Source of the DNA: Deltaproteobacteria bacterium
GTDB taxonomy: Bacteria; Desulfobacterota; Binatia; UBA12015
Assembly (NCBI GenBank): GCA_016874795.1
Contig: VGTG01000001.1
Span: 22,735-86,734 of the forward strand
Length of the DNA stretch: 64,000 nt
Direction: 5' to 3'
Shown: positions 51,455 through 60,357 of the stretch, one piece after another
Position numbering within the stretch: position 1 is the stretch's first letter
Layout: every line of letters begins with the position of its first letter
Program-made: the position numbers and the translations under genes
Notes under the pieces: generated by a model
What the model saw: the letters and a program-made list of their open reading frames with translations, nothing else
Databases searched by the model: none
What the model was told of the DNA's origin: nothing

Positions 51455-53947
51455 TCAGGAACGTCGCCCGCCGGTACGGGCGCGCGAAGGCAGAGCGAGG
51501 AGCGTTCCCATGCCCGTGTCGCGATAGGGCGCGCGCCGCAGCGCCGAGAGCACGGCCGCGCGCAGAAGCCGGCGCTTGATCGGCTTCGTCACCATCGTGT
51601 GGACGCCGAGCCGCGCGAGGTCTGGAACCGGTCCGCCGAGCAGCGGATTCATCAAGACGAGCGGCACGTCCGCCCCGCGGCTCGAGCCGCGGATCCAGCG
51701 CGCGGTCGTCGCGCCGTCCGGATCGGGCATCGCGAGATCGAGTACGACGAGCGCGTACGGCGAGCCTTCGCGCACGGCCTGGTTGAGACGCGTGCACGCC
51801 GAGGTTCCGTCCCGCACCGCGTCCACGTGCGCGCCGAAGCCGCGCAGCGTGTGCGCGAGGTGCCGTGCGCTCGCCTCGTTGTCGTCGACGACGAGGACGC
51901 GGAGAGCGCCGAGGCGCGGTCCCGGCTCCGCGGCGTCCGCTTCTCCACGCCGCAGATCGACGCCGAAGCGGAACGTGCTGCCGCGACCGGGCGTGCTGTC
52001 GACCTCGACTCGACCGCCCATGCGCTCGACGAGCCGCTGCACGATCGTCAAACCGAGGCCCGTGCCGCCGTACTGGCGCGTCGTCGAGCTGTCGACCTGC
52101 GTGAACGCCTCGAAGATGCGCGCGCGCTGCTCCCGCGGAATCCCGATGCCGGTGTCGCGGACAGTGCCGACGAGCCGCGTGGCGGAGCCGCTCGAGCCCG
52201 CCTCGAGGGCCAGGCGGATCAGCACCTCGCCCCGCTCCGTGAACTTGATCGCGTTTCCGCCGAGGTTGACGAGGATCTGCCGCAAGCGTCCGGGGTCGCC
52301 GACGAGAGTCGGCGGAACCGACTCGTCGACGCAGCCGATCAGCTCGAGCCCCTTCCGCTGCGCCTCGGCGGCGAGCGTGTCGAGGACGCCCTCGAGGAGC
52401 GTCTCCGGATCGAACTCGATCGACTCGAGCGGCAGCCGCCCCGCCTCGATCTTCGAGAAGTCGAGGACGTCGTTCAGAACGGTCATCAGCCCGTAGGCCG
52501 CCGCGCGTGCGCGGACGAGGAAGTCCTGGCGCTCGTGGTCGTCGCGCGTGTCGAGCGCGAGCTCGGTCATCCCGAAGATGCCGTTCAGCGGCGTACGGAT
52601 CTCGTGGCTGATGGTCGCGAGGAAATCGCTCTTCGCGTGCGCCGCGGCCTCCGCGGCCTCCTTCGCTTCGCGGAGGATGCGCTCGCCTTCGACGCGCTCC
52701 GTGATGTCTCGAACGAACGCGGTGAAGGTGACGCCGAGGCAGCGCCGGATCGGCGACACCGAGAACTCGACGGGGAACTCCTGTCCGTTCCGCCGGAGCG
52801 CACGCGACTCGATGCGCGCGCCGACCCCGTGGCCGCGGCCCGTCGCCTGGAACTTCTCCGACTCCGCCACGAAGCGCTCGTGAAGATCGGGCGGGACGAT
52901 CGTCTCGAGGAGAGGGGCTCCGAGGATCTCTTCTCGGCTCCAGCCGAAGATCCGTTCCGCTTGCGCGTTCCATCCGACGATGCGCGCACGGCCGTCGACC
53001 GAGACGACGGCGTCGAGCGCCGTGTCGACGATCAAGCGGTTCCGCTCCTCGCTGTCGCGGAGCGCTCTCTGGATCGACGTCTGCTCCGTCACGTCGCGAA
53101 GCGTGACGACCGTGTGCAGGTGGTGCGCGTGCTTCACCTCCTTCCGCGTCAGCTCGACCCACGCGACCTCGCCGTTCGGACGGCGCGCCGGAAGCGGCGC
53201 CGCGGTCCCGTCCCTCTCGCGGTGACAGAAGGGACAGCTCGCCTGCGGATAGCTCCGAGCTCCGTCCGGCTCCCAGTGAAGGGTCGCGTGCTCGGATCGG
53301 CGGATCAGCTCGCTCGCCGGCCGTCCGAGGATCCGCTCCGTCGCGGGATTCGCGAAGGTGACGCAGCCTGCGTGGTCGACGCCGTAGATGCCTTCGCCCG
53401 CCGCGTCGAGCAAGAGACCGTTCTCCCGATTCAGCTGCTCGAGCCGCTGGAACGTGCGCCGCCGGACGACGGTGACGATCGTCGCGATCACGGCCGTCGA
53501 GACGAGATCGACGAGCCAGTGCGGCTCGGGAGGCTCCGCCAGTCGCGGCACCAGCGCGAGCCAGCCCGTCGTGCCGACGATCGAGACGATCGCCATCAAC
53601 CAGGGCTGGATGAGGACGCATCCCGCGGCGAGTAGCGTGATGAGAAGCGTCGTCGTCTGCTCGGGGTTCCGCGTGAGCGCGACGAACGCGAGCGCATACG
53701 CGACCGCGATCAACGTCACGGCGAGGATGATCGGGTGCACGGCGCGCACGGGTGCGCGCCCGACGATCCGCCACGAGAGCGCGAAGCTGAGCGCCGCGAC
53801 GAGGGAGATCCCGGAGTAGACCCAGGCCGGCTCGATCGGCGGCGCCAGCGCGTACAACGCCGCGACGCCGGCGTATACGGCGGCAACCCAGAGGAATCCC
53901 GCGCGCGCGCCCGAGCGCGCACGCTCCGCGAGGTCGAGCGGCTCCAC
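51455..53947 (-). CDS. Hybrid sensor histidine kinase (multi-TM sensor, 2 PAS, HisKA-HATPase, receiver)
   Basis: H-box SHEIRTPLNGI; N/G boxes NLGGNAIKFT, DTGIGIP and GTGLGLTI; receiver VLVVDDNE..DLAMPDPDG..TKPIK. GTG start at 53947. Confidence 0.92.
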   Translation of the reverse strand: MEPLDLAERARSGARAGFLWVAAVYAGVAALYALAPPIEPAWVYSGISLVAALSFALSWRIVGRAPVRAVHPIILAVTLIAVAYALAFVALTRNPEQTTTLLITLLAAGCVLIQPWLMAIVSIVGTTGWLALVPRLAEPPEPHWLVDLVSTAVIATIVTVVRRRTFQRLEQLNRENGLLLDAAGEGIYGVDHAGCVTFANPATERILGRPASELIRRSEHATLHWEPDGARSYPQASCPFCHRERDGTAAPLPARRPNGEVAWVELTRKEVKHAHHLHTVVTLRDVTEQTSIQRALRDSEERNRLIVDTALDAVVSVDGRARIVGWNAQAERIFGWSREEILGAPLLETIVPPDLHERFVAESEKFQATGRGHGVGARIESRALRRNGQEFPVEFSVSPIRRCLGVTFTAFVRDITERVEGERILREAKEAAEAAAHAKSDFLATISHEIRTPLNGIFGMTELALDTRDDHERQDFLVRARAAAYGLMTVLNDVLDFSKIEAGRLPLESIEFDPETLLEGVLDTLAAEAQRKGLELIGCVDESVPPTLVGDPGRLRQILVNLGGNAIKFTERGEVLIRLALEAGSSGSATRLVGTVRDTGIGIPREQRARIFEAFTQVDSSTTRQYGGTGLGLTIVQRLVERMGGRVEVDSTPGRGSTFRFGVDLRRGEADAAEPGPRLGALRVLVVDDNEASARHLAHTLRGFGAHVDAVRDGTSACTRLNQAVREGSPYALVVLDLAMPDPDGATTARWIRGSSRGADVPLVLMNPLLGGPVPDLARLGVHTMVTKPIKRRLLRAAVLSALRRAPYRDTGMGTLLALPSRARTGGRRS

Positions 53948-54024
53948 GACCGAAGTCTCGCGCCGCTTCTATCACGGCCGCTTCGTTGATGGATCGAGGA
54001 GTTTGCCAGGGCGTTCGAGCGGGC

Positions 54025-54984
54025 TCAGGCCCGCAGGCCTTCGCTCTCGTCGAGCCCGAGCATCAGGTTCATGCTCTGGATCGCCGCGCCGGAGGCGCCC
54101 TTCCCGAGGTTGTCGAGGAGGCCGATCAGCAGCACGTGCCCATCGGGATGCGGCAGCACGTGCAGCTCGACGCGGTTCGTGTCGTTGCAGGCTTGCGGAT
54201 CGAAGCTCCGCTCGTCGGTCGCGAGCGGCTCGCGGAGCGGCGCGACGCGAACGAACCGCGTTCCGTCGTACCTCTCGCGAAGGAGCTCGTGGATGCGCTT
54301 TCCCGAAGCGCCGTTCGCGAGGACGCTCGCGTGCAGCGGCATCTCGACGCGCATGCCGCAGCGAAACGGCCCGACGGCCGGCACGAACTGCGGCGAGCTC
54401 GCGAGCCCCGTGTACTGCACCATCTCCGGGACGTGCTTGTGGCTGCGCTCGAGCGCGTACGGCGCCTCGTGCGGAAGGTGCGCGAGCCCGAGCGCCGGAT
54501 CCTCCCAGCGTTCGATCAACCCTCGCCCGCCCCCCGTGTAGCCGGACAGCGCGTGCACCGTCACCGGCGCGCTCGACGGAAGGAGACCTTCCTCGACGAG
54601 CGGACGGAGACCGAGGATCACGGACGTCGGGTAGCAACCCGGGTTCGACAAGCGCTTCGCCGACGACACCGCTTCACGCTGCGCGGCGGAGATCTCCGGC
54701 AGCCCGTACACCCAGCCCGGCTCGACGCGATGAGCGGTGCTCGCATCGACGACGCGCGTTTCCTCGTTCTCGATCCAGCCGGCCGCTTCGCGCGCAGCGT
54801 CGTCCGGGAGGCAGAGCACGACGACGTCGGCGCGGTTCGCGAGATCGCGCCGCACGCCGGCGTCCTTCCGCTGCGCCTCGTCGGGCTCGAGCAGCTCGAG
54901 GTCACGGCGCGGCGCGAGCCACTCGCGGATGCGCAGGCCCGTCGTTCCGACGTGCCCGTCGACGAAGATGCGCGGTCGCGCCAT
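54025..54984 (-). CDS. argC: N-acetyl-gamma-glutamyl-phosphate reductase
   Basis: Active-site NPGCYPT and GLLDNLGKGASGAAIQ. ATG at 54984 (MARPRIFVDGH). Confidence 0.88.
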   Translation of the reverse strand: MARPRIFVDGHVGTTGLRIREWLAPRRDLELLEPDEAQRKDAGVRRDLANRADVVVLCLPDDAAREAAGWIENEETRVVDASTAHRVEPGWVYGLPEISAAQREAVSSAKRLSNPGCYPTSVILGLRPLVEEGLLPSSAPVTVHALSGYTGGGRGLIERWEDPALGLAHLPHEAPYALERSHKHVPEMVQYTGLASSPQFVPAVGPFRCGMRVEMPLHASVLANGASGKRIHELLRERYDGTRFVRVAPLREPLATDERSFDPQACNDTNRVELHVLPHPDGHVLLIGLLDNLGKGASGAAIQSMNLMLGLDESEGLRA

Positions 54985-55273
54985 GGGCGCATTCTCGCAA
55001 GCGGGCCGGGGCATTGGCTAGCCCCGCGCGGACGGTTCCACGCCCGTGTGCGCGCGAGTCGTCCTTGCCGGACCGGAGCCGTCCGGCTAGCGTGCCGCCC
55101 GTGGAGCGCTGGGGGCAGGGCCGATAGGCCGCACCGCACGCCTCGCGCTGAGCGTCGCGGTCCTCGCGATCCTCTTCTACCGCGTCGGCCTTCTCGACGT
55201 CCTCGCGATCTGCGCGGACGCGGATCCGCGCTGGCTCGCGGGCGCGTTCCTGCTGTACGGCGCCGGCCAGGTC

Positions 55274-56020
55274 GTGAGCGCGATTCGCTGGCGCGCGCTC
55301 GCGCGCGCGGTCGGGTTCTCCGTGCCGCTCGCCGACTACCTGCGCTTCTACTTCATCGGGATGTTCTTCGGGCTCGCCGTCCCGAGCACGATCGGCGCGG
55401 ACGGCACGCGCTCTCTCTACCTCGGACGATCGCCGCCGGGGCGCGCGGCGGCGCTCTCGTCGGTCGTGTTCGACCGCTGGGTGGGCCTCGTCGCGCTCGT
55501 CGCGGTCGGCGTGCTCGCACTCCTCCTCGGTCCGAGCGGCGAGCTCCCGGCCGGGCTCGTCACGATGCTTCTCGTCGTCGGCGTGACGCTCGTGGTCGGC
55601 TGGCTTCTCGCCCCACGCTTCGCTTCGCTCCTGCCGGAGGGACGCTGGCGACGCTTGATCCGCGAGGAGCTCGCGCCGTTCTTCCGCGACGCACCGCTCC
55701 TCGCTCGCGCGGTCGTGCTCTCGCTCGCCGTGCAAGGCCTCCAGATCCTCGCGCAGAAGCTCCTCGCGGACGCGCTCGGGCTCGCGGTGCCGCTCGGCTT
55801 CATCGCGATCTATCACCCGCTCGTCGCGCTCGCGGCCGCCGCGCCGATCACGGTCGGTGGGTTCGGGTTGCGCGAGGCGACATACGCGTACCTCCTTCCG
55901 CACGTCGGCATCGCCACGGACGACGCGGTCGCGCTCGGACTTCTCTGGTGGGCGATCGGTGCCGCGGGAGGGCTCCTCGGCGGCGCGCTCTATCTCTCAC
56001 GTCGCGACCGCGGCGAATAG
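55274..56020 (+). CDS. UPF0104 / MprF-flippase-like (lysylphosphatidylglycerol synthase TM region) membrane protein; N-terminus unresolved
   Basis: Family-typical ..RWRALARAVG..LRFYFIGMFFGLAVPSTIGADGTRSLYL. The reading frame is open and family-like back to 55091, but has no ATG/GTG/TTG before 55274. Confidence 0.72.
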   Translation: MSAIRWRALARAVGFSVPLADYLRFYFIGMFFGLAVPSTIGADGTRSLYLGRSPPGRAAALSSVVFDRWVGLVALVAVGVLALLLGPSGELPAGLVTMLLVVGVTLVVGWLLAPRFASLLPEGRWRRLIREELAPFFRDAPLLARAVVLSLAVQGLQILAQKLLADALGLAVPLGFIAIYHPLVALAAAAPITVGGFGLREATYAYLLPHVGIATDDAVALGLLWWAIGAAGGLLGGALYLSRRDRGE

Positions 56021-56028
56021 CTCTCCGC

Positions 56029-57240
56029 TCACTTCGCGGCCGGAATGCGCTGCAGCGCCACGACGACGATCGCGAGCGTGCGCGCGTCGAGGCCGGGGAC
56101 GCTCGCTTGCTCTTGGAGCGCGCGAAGCAGGTCGGCGCTCGGCGAGCGCAGCGGAGCCGTGCGCACGAGCTCGACGCGGAGCGCCCGGTCGATGCGGTCG
56201 ATCGCGGGCCGCAGGTCGGTTCCCAGGTCGAACGAAGGCGCCGACGCCGCGCTCGGATCGGCGAGAACCGCTCGCTGCACCGCCTTCGCCGCCCCGATGT
56301 TCGCGTGGACGAGCGCTGCATAGGGCTCCGGCGCGAGCCCGACGCGGCGCGCCGTCTTCCGCGCCGAGCATTCGATCTCGATCTCCCGCTCGCGATCCTC
56401 GACCGGCAGGCTCGCGCGCCGCTTCGCCTCGGCCACGTACGGCATGAGGAGGAGCCGGCGCGCGAGGAGATCGACGACGCGCGCCTCGCCCGCGGGAAGC
56501 GTCCCGTTCTCCGGCGAGCCGAGCCAGCGCGCGCGCGAGGCCGCGAGCGTGCCGTCGCTCTCGCGCTCCGCGAGCCACGCGTCGAGGTCGCCCGCGAGGT
56601 CCTCGTCGCCGGGAGCGACCCAGTAGGCCTTTCGATCCCTCGTGAGGATCGCGACGACACGCGGCGTCTCCGGGAACGTCCGTACCTCCACCGAGTCGGT
56701 GACGACGGCGTCGATCTCGCCGGAGGCGAGAAGGCGACGCAGGCTCTCGTTGTCGTCGACCGTGCGCAGGGTCGCGCGTTGGATGTGCGCACGCGCGACC
56801 TTCTCGAGGTGCCCGCCGCGATTCACGACGACCGTCCGCCCCGCGCGATCGACGTCGTCCAGGCTCGAGAGCTTCGTCGACGCGGGAACCACGACGATCG
56901 CCTCGGCGCGCGCGACCGCGGCGGTCATCGGCGCCTGGGCGAGACGGTCGCCGCGTACCGTCACGCCGCCCATCGCGACGTCGAACTCCTTCGCGAGGAG
57001 CTTCGCCTCGAGGTCCGGCCAGCGAAACGGCACGATCTCCACTTTGCGGCCGCGATCGCCTGCGTAGGCGCGGGCGACGTCGATGTCGAAGCCGACCGGA
57101 GCTCCGTCGCGGTCGCGCGTCGAGAACGGTGCGTAGTCGCCGCTCGTGCCGACGCGCAGCGGCGCCGTCGCGCAAGCGGCGAAGCCGAGCGCGAGAAGAG
57201 CGAACGTCGCGGCCGCCGCTCGGCGGAGCGCTCGCCGGTT
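56029..57240 (-). CDS. Periplasmic cyclohexadienyl (prephenate) dehydratase PheC-like SBP domain fused to secreted AroQ-type chorismate mutase; start codon unresolved
   Basis: Lipobox/signal RRAAAATFALLALGFAAC. The PheC-like region is LRVGTSGDYAPFS..GFDIDVA..FDVAMGGVT. The chorismate mutase region is VVDLLARRLLLMPYVAEAKR..PVEDREREIE, with an extra C-terminal domain as in exported AroQ. There is no canonical in-frame start near 57240-57291. Confidence 0.78.
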   Translation of the reverse strand, partial: NRRALRRAAAATFALLALGFAACATAPLRVGTSGDYAPFSTRDRDGAPVGFDIDVARAYAGDRGRKVEIVPFRWPDLEAKLLAKEFDVAMGGVTVRGDRLAQAPMTAAVARAEAIVVVPASTKLSSLDDVDRAGRTVVVNRGGHLEKVARAHIQRATLRTVDDNESLRRLLASGEIDAVVTDSVEVRTFPETPRVVAILTRDRKAYWVAPGDEDLAGDLDAWLAERESDGTLAASRARWLGSPENGTLPAGEARVVDLLARRLLLMPYVAEAKRRASLPVEDREREIEIECSARKTARRVGLAPEPYAALVHANIGAAKAVQRAVLADPSAASAPSFDLGTDLRPAIDRIDRALRVELVRTAPLRSPSADLLRALQEQASVPGLDARTLAIVVVALQRIPAAK

Positions 57241-57273
57241 GTCGCCCCGGCAGGCCTCCGCTAGCGTCCGCGC

Positions 57274-57891
57274 ATGATCGCCTGCCTCGATCTCGAAGGC
57301 GTCCTCGTTCCGGAGATCTGGATCAACGTCGCCGAGCGCACCGGCATCGAAGCGCTCCGCCGGACGACGCGCGACGAGCCCGACTACGACAAGCTCATGC
57401 GCTACCGCCTCGGCATCCTCGACGAGAAGGGCATCACCCTCGGCCAGATCCAGAGCGTCATCGAGGGAATGGGGCCGATGCCCGGAGCGGCAGGGTTCCT
57501 CGGCTGGCTGCGCGACCGCGCGCAGGTCGTCATCCTCTCCGACACGTTCTACCAGTTCGCCGCTCCCCTGATGCGCCAGCTCGGCCACCCCTGCCTGTTC
57601 TGCCACACGCTCGAGGTCGACGGCCAGGATCGCATCGTCGGCTACCGATTGCGGATCGACGACGGCAAGCGGCGCGCGGTCCGCGCGCTCCGGGACCTGA
57701 ACTTCCACGTCGTCGCCGCGGGCGACTCCTACAACGACACGAGCATGCTCGGCGAAGCGAACGGCGGCATCCTGTTCCGTCCGCCCGCGAACGTCATCGC
57801 CGAGTTCCCTCAGTACCCCGTCACGACGACCTACGACGAGCTGCGCACGGCCTTCGTCCAGGCGAGCCAGGGCGAGATCCGCGGGGACTGA
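57274..57891 (+). CDS. thrH: Phosphoserine phosphatase / homoserine phosphotransferase ThrH (HAD family)
   Basis: [49 protein letters not shown] is near-collinear with Pseudomonas ThrH as I recall it. Confidence 0.85.
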   Translation: MIACLDLEGVLVPEIWINVAERTGIEALRRTTRDEPDYDKLMRYRLGILDEKGITLGQIQSVIEGMGPMPGAAGFLGWLRDRAQVVILSDTFYQFAAPLMRQLGHPCLFCHTLEVDGQDRIVGYRLRIDDGKRRAVRALRDLNFHVVAAGDSYNDTSMLGEANGGILFRPPANVIAEFPQYPVTTTYDELRTAFVQASQGEIRGD

Positions 57892-57897
57892 GCTCGC

Positions 57898-58848
57898 GTG
57901 CGCTTCGTCGTCGCCGGTGCCGGTGCGGTGGGCTCGGTCTTCGGCGGGCTCCTCGCGGGACGGGGCCACGACGTGCTCCTGGTCGGCCGCGAGCCGCACA
58001 TGGCGGCGATCCGCGAGAGCGGCCTCGCCGTCACCGGCCTCTTCGGCGACCAGGTCACCCGGCCGCGCGTCGCCACCGACCTCGCACGCGCGGCGGAGCC
58101 GACCGACGCCGTGCTCGTCGGCGTCAAGTCGCACGCGACGGAGTCGATCGCGCGCACTCTCGCCGCATGGGCCGACAGGCCGCGGCTCGTCGTCTCCCTC
58201 CAGAACGGCCTCGGCAACGTCGAGACGCTGGCCGCGTCGCTCCCGGCGCGCGTACTCGCCGCTCGCGTGATCTTCGGCGCGATCGTCACCGCTCCCGGAC
58301 GCGCACACGTCACCGTCTGCGCGAAGCCGGTCGCCGTCGGCCCACTCCGGGACGACCCGGCGAGCGAGGCCGACGCGCAGCGCCTGGCCGAGGTCTTCGC
58401 GGACGCCGGAATCCCGAGCGAGGCCGCCGGGGCGACCGAGCCGATCCTCTGGGAGAAGGCTCTGTACAACTGCGGATTGAATCCGCTCGGCGCTCTGCAC
58501 GGGCTCACCTATGGAGAGGTCGCCGCTTCCGAAGCATTGCGGCCGCTCCTCGACGGCGCGATGGACGAGGCCTTCGCGGTCGCTCGCGCCTCCGGCATCG
58601 CCCTCGTCTGGAAAACCGAAGCCGAGTTCCGCGTCCATTTCCACTCGACCCTGCTGCCCCCGACCGCCGCCCACCGCTCTTCGATGCGGCAGGACCTCGA
58701 GGGCGGACGCCCGACGGAGGTCGACGCGATCGGTGGCGCCATCGTGCGCGCCGGCGAGCGGCACGGCGTGCCGACGCCGATCAACCGGCGGCTCGTCGCC
58801 GAGATCCACGAAGCGGAGCGGAAGGGCTCGCGCAGCGAACCTGCTTGA
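57898..58848 (+). CDS. panE: 2-dehydropantoate 2-reductase (ketopantoate reductase, PanE/ApbA family)
   Basis: VVAGAGAVGSVFGG Rossmann motif, KAL(Y)N, SSMRQDLE motif. GTG start at 57898. Confidence 0.85.
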   Translation: MRFVVAGAGAVGSVFGGLLAGRGHDVLLVGREPHMAAIRESGLAVTGLFGDQVTRPRVATDLARAAEPTDAVLVGVKSHATESIARTLAAWADRPRLVVSLQNGLGNVETLAASLPARVLAARVIFGAIVTAPGRAHVTVCAKPVAVGPLRDDPASEADAQRLAEVFADAGIPSEAAGATEPILWEKALYNCGLNPLGALHGLTYGEVAASEALRPLLDGAMDEAFAVARASGIALVWKTEAEFRVHFHSTLLPPTAAHRSSMRQDLEGGRPTEVDAIGGAIVRAGERHGVPTPINRRLVAEIHEAERKGSRSEPA

Positions 58849-58880
58849 CTTCCCGCCTCGTCCAAGGCGTTCTACGCTTC

Positions 58881-59348
58881 ATGTATCGGCTGGCCAAGGA
58901 GAACTACGACGAGCTGAAGCGACACGCCATCGAGGCGTTTCCGGAGGAGTGCTGCGGCTTCGTCCTCTATGACGTCGAGAACGATCGAGAGATCGTGCGG
59001 CGCATCACCAACGTCGCGACCGAGCGTCACAAGAAGGATCCCGAAACGTACCCGCGCGACGGCCGTGACGGGTACCACATGGACGAGAAGGAGCTCCTCG
59101 CGGCGACGCGCGAGTTCGAGTCGTCGGAGTTCGAGCTCCGCTCGATCTACCACTCGCATCCGAATGGGCGCGCCTACTTCTCGAAGGAAGACGAAGCGCG
59201 CGCGAAGGATCCGTGGGACGAGCCACTCTATCCCGAAGCGGTCTACATCGTCCTCGGCGTCGACGGCCAGAACATCACGGGCTCGGCCGGATTCATCTGG
59301 AACGAAGAGCGCCTCGAGTACGAGGAGATCCGGATCGTCAAGACCTGA
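58881..59348 (+). CDS. JAMM/MPN+ (Mov34) metalloprotease domain protein
   Basis: EECCGF upstream Glu and HSHPNGRAYFSKED (HxH-x7-S-xx-D). 155 aa. Confidence 0.85.
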   Translation: MYRLAKENYDELKRHAIEAFPEECCGFVLYDVENDREIVRRITNVATERHKKDPETYPRDGRDGYHMDEKELLAATREFESSEFELRSIYHSHPNGRAYFSKEDEARAKDPWDEPLYPEAVYIVLGVDGQNITGSAGFIWNEERLEYEEIRIVKT

Positions 59349-60357
59349 TTTCGGTTTCGTCTCCCGCGCCGCGGCGCCCGAAGAGCGCGCTCGCGGCGAG
59401 GTAGACGATTCCGGGCAGCGTCCAGCCGATGTCGCGCACCCGCGCGACCGTTCCCGCGATCACGGCGAGCCGCGCGTCGTCGTCCGCGAGCCCGAAGACC
59501 GCCGCCTGTGCGCCCTCGAGAGCGCCGAGCGAAGCGGGAATCGGGAGCGCGTGCGCGAGGCCGACGCCGAGGAGCGCGCCGGCGAGGTCCGGCAGAGTCG
59601 GCCACACGCCGAACGCGATGAAGAGCACGCCGTACTCGGCGAGGATCATCGCGTTCAGCACGAGAGAAGCCGCCATCGCCCCGACGAGGAGGCGCCGGCG
59701 CGCGAAGAGGAGCTCACGCAGCGCAGCGTCCATGCTCTCGGTCGTCTCCGCCTTTGCACCGAGGCGCTCGAGCACGGCGCGAAGGCGTGCCGGGACGATC
59801 GAATCGCCGCGCCGGAGGCGGTGGACGAGGTAGAGCGTCGCCGCGAGGAACGCGACGCCGCTCGCCGCGACGACGACGAGGACCCGCAGGGCGCTCGTGC
59901 GATCGCGGAGCGCGAACAGAGCGCAGTACGCGACGGCGAAGACGAGGTTCGCGACGAGCTCGAGCGCACGGTCGACCGCGACGCTCGCGATCGCCGGACC
60001 GCCCGGCACACCGTCACGCGCGATCAGGTACGCACGGAGCGGCTCACCGCCGAGCTTCGCCCCCGGGGTGAGCGTCCCCATCGCGAGGCCGGCGATACGC
60101 ACACCGACGAGCCGCGGCAACCGCACGTCCGCACCCAGGCCGCGAAGCAGGCTTCGCCAGCGCAGAGTCAGCCCGATGAAGATCGCCGCCTCGACGACGA
60201 GCCAGACGACGAGCCATTCGGGACGGACGCTCGTGAGAGTGTCCCGGACCTGCTCGACGCCGGCCCGCCGCACGAGCCCGACGAGCACCGCCAGGCCGAG
60301 GAGGGCGAGCAGCGCCCGCCAGAGACGGCTGCGCGCCGCGCGGGACGGCCACCTCAC
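59338..60357 (-). CDS. Second UPF0104 / MprF-flippase-like membrane protein, translationally coupled to the MMPL gene
   Basis: The GTG at 60357 overlaps the MMPL stop (GTGA). Family-typical LRWRSLLRGLG..RIAGLAMGTLTPGAKLGGEPLRAYL. Confidence 0.8.
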   Translation of the reverse strand: MRWPSRAARSRLWRALLALLGLAVLVGLVRRAGVEQVRDTLTSVRPEWLVVWLVVEAAIFIGLTLRWRSLLRGLGADVRLPRLVGVRIAGLAMGTLTPGAKLGGEPLRAYLIARDGVPGGPAIASVAVDRALELVANLVFAVAYCALFALRDRTSALRVLVVVAASGVAFLAATLYLVHRLRRGDSIVPARLRAVLERLGAKAETTESMDAALRELLFARRRLLVGAMAASLVLNAMILAEYGVLFIAFGVWPTLPDLAGALLGVGLAHALPIPASLGALEGAQAAVFGLADDDARLAVIAGTVARVRDIGWTLPGIVYLAASALFGRRGAGDETEIRS

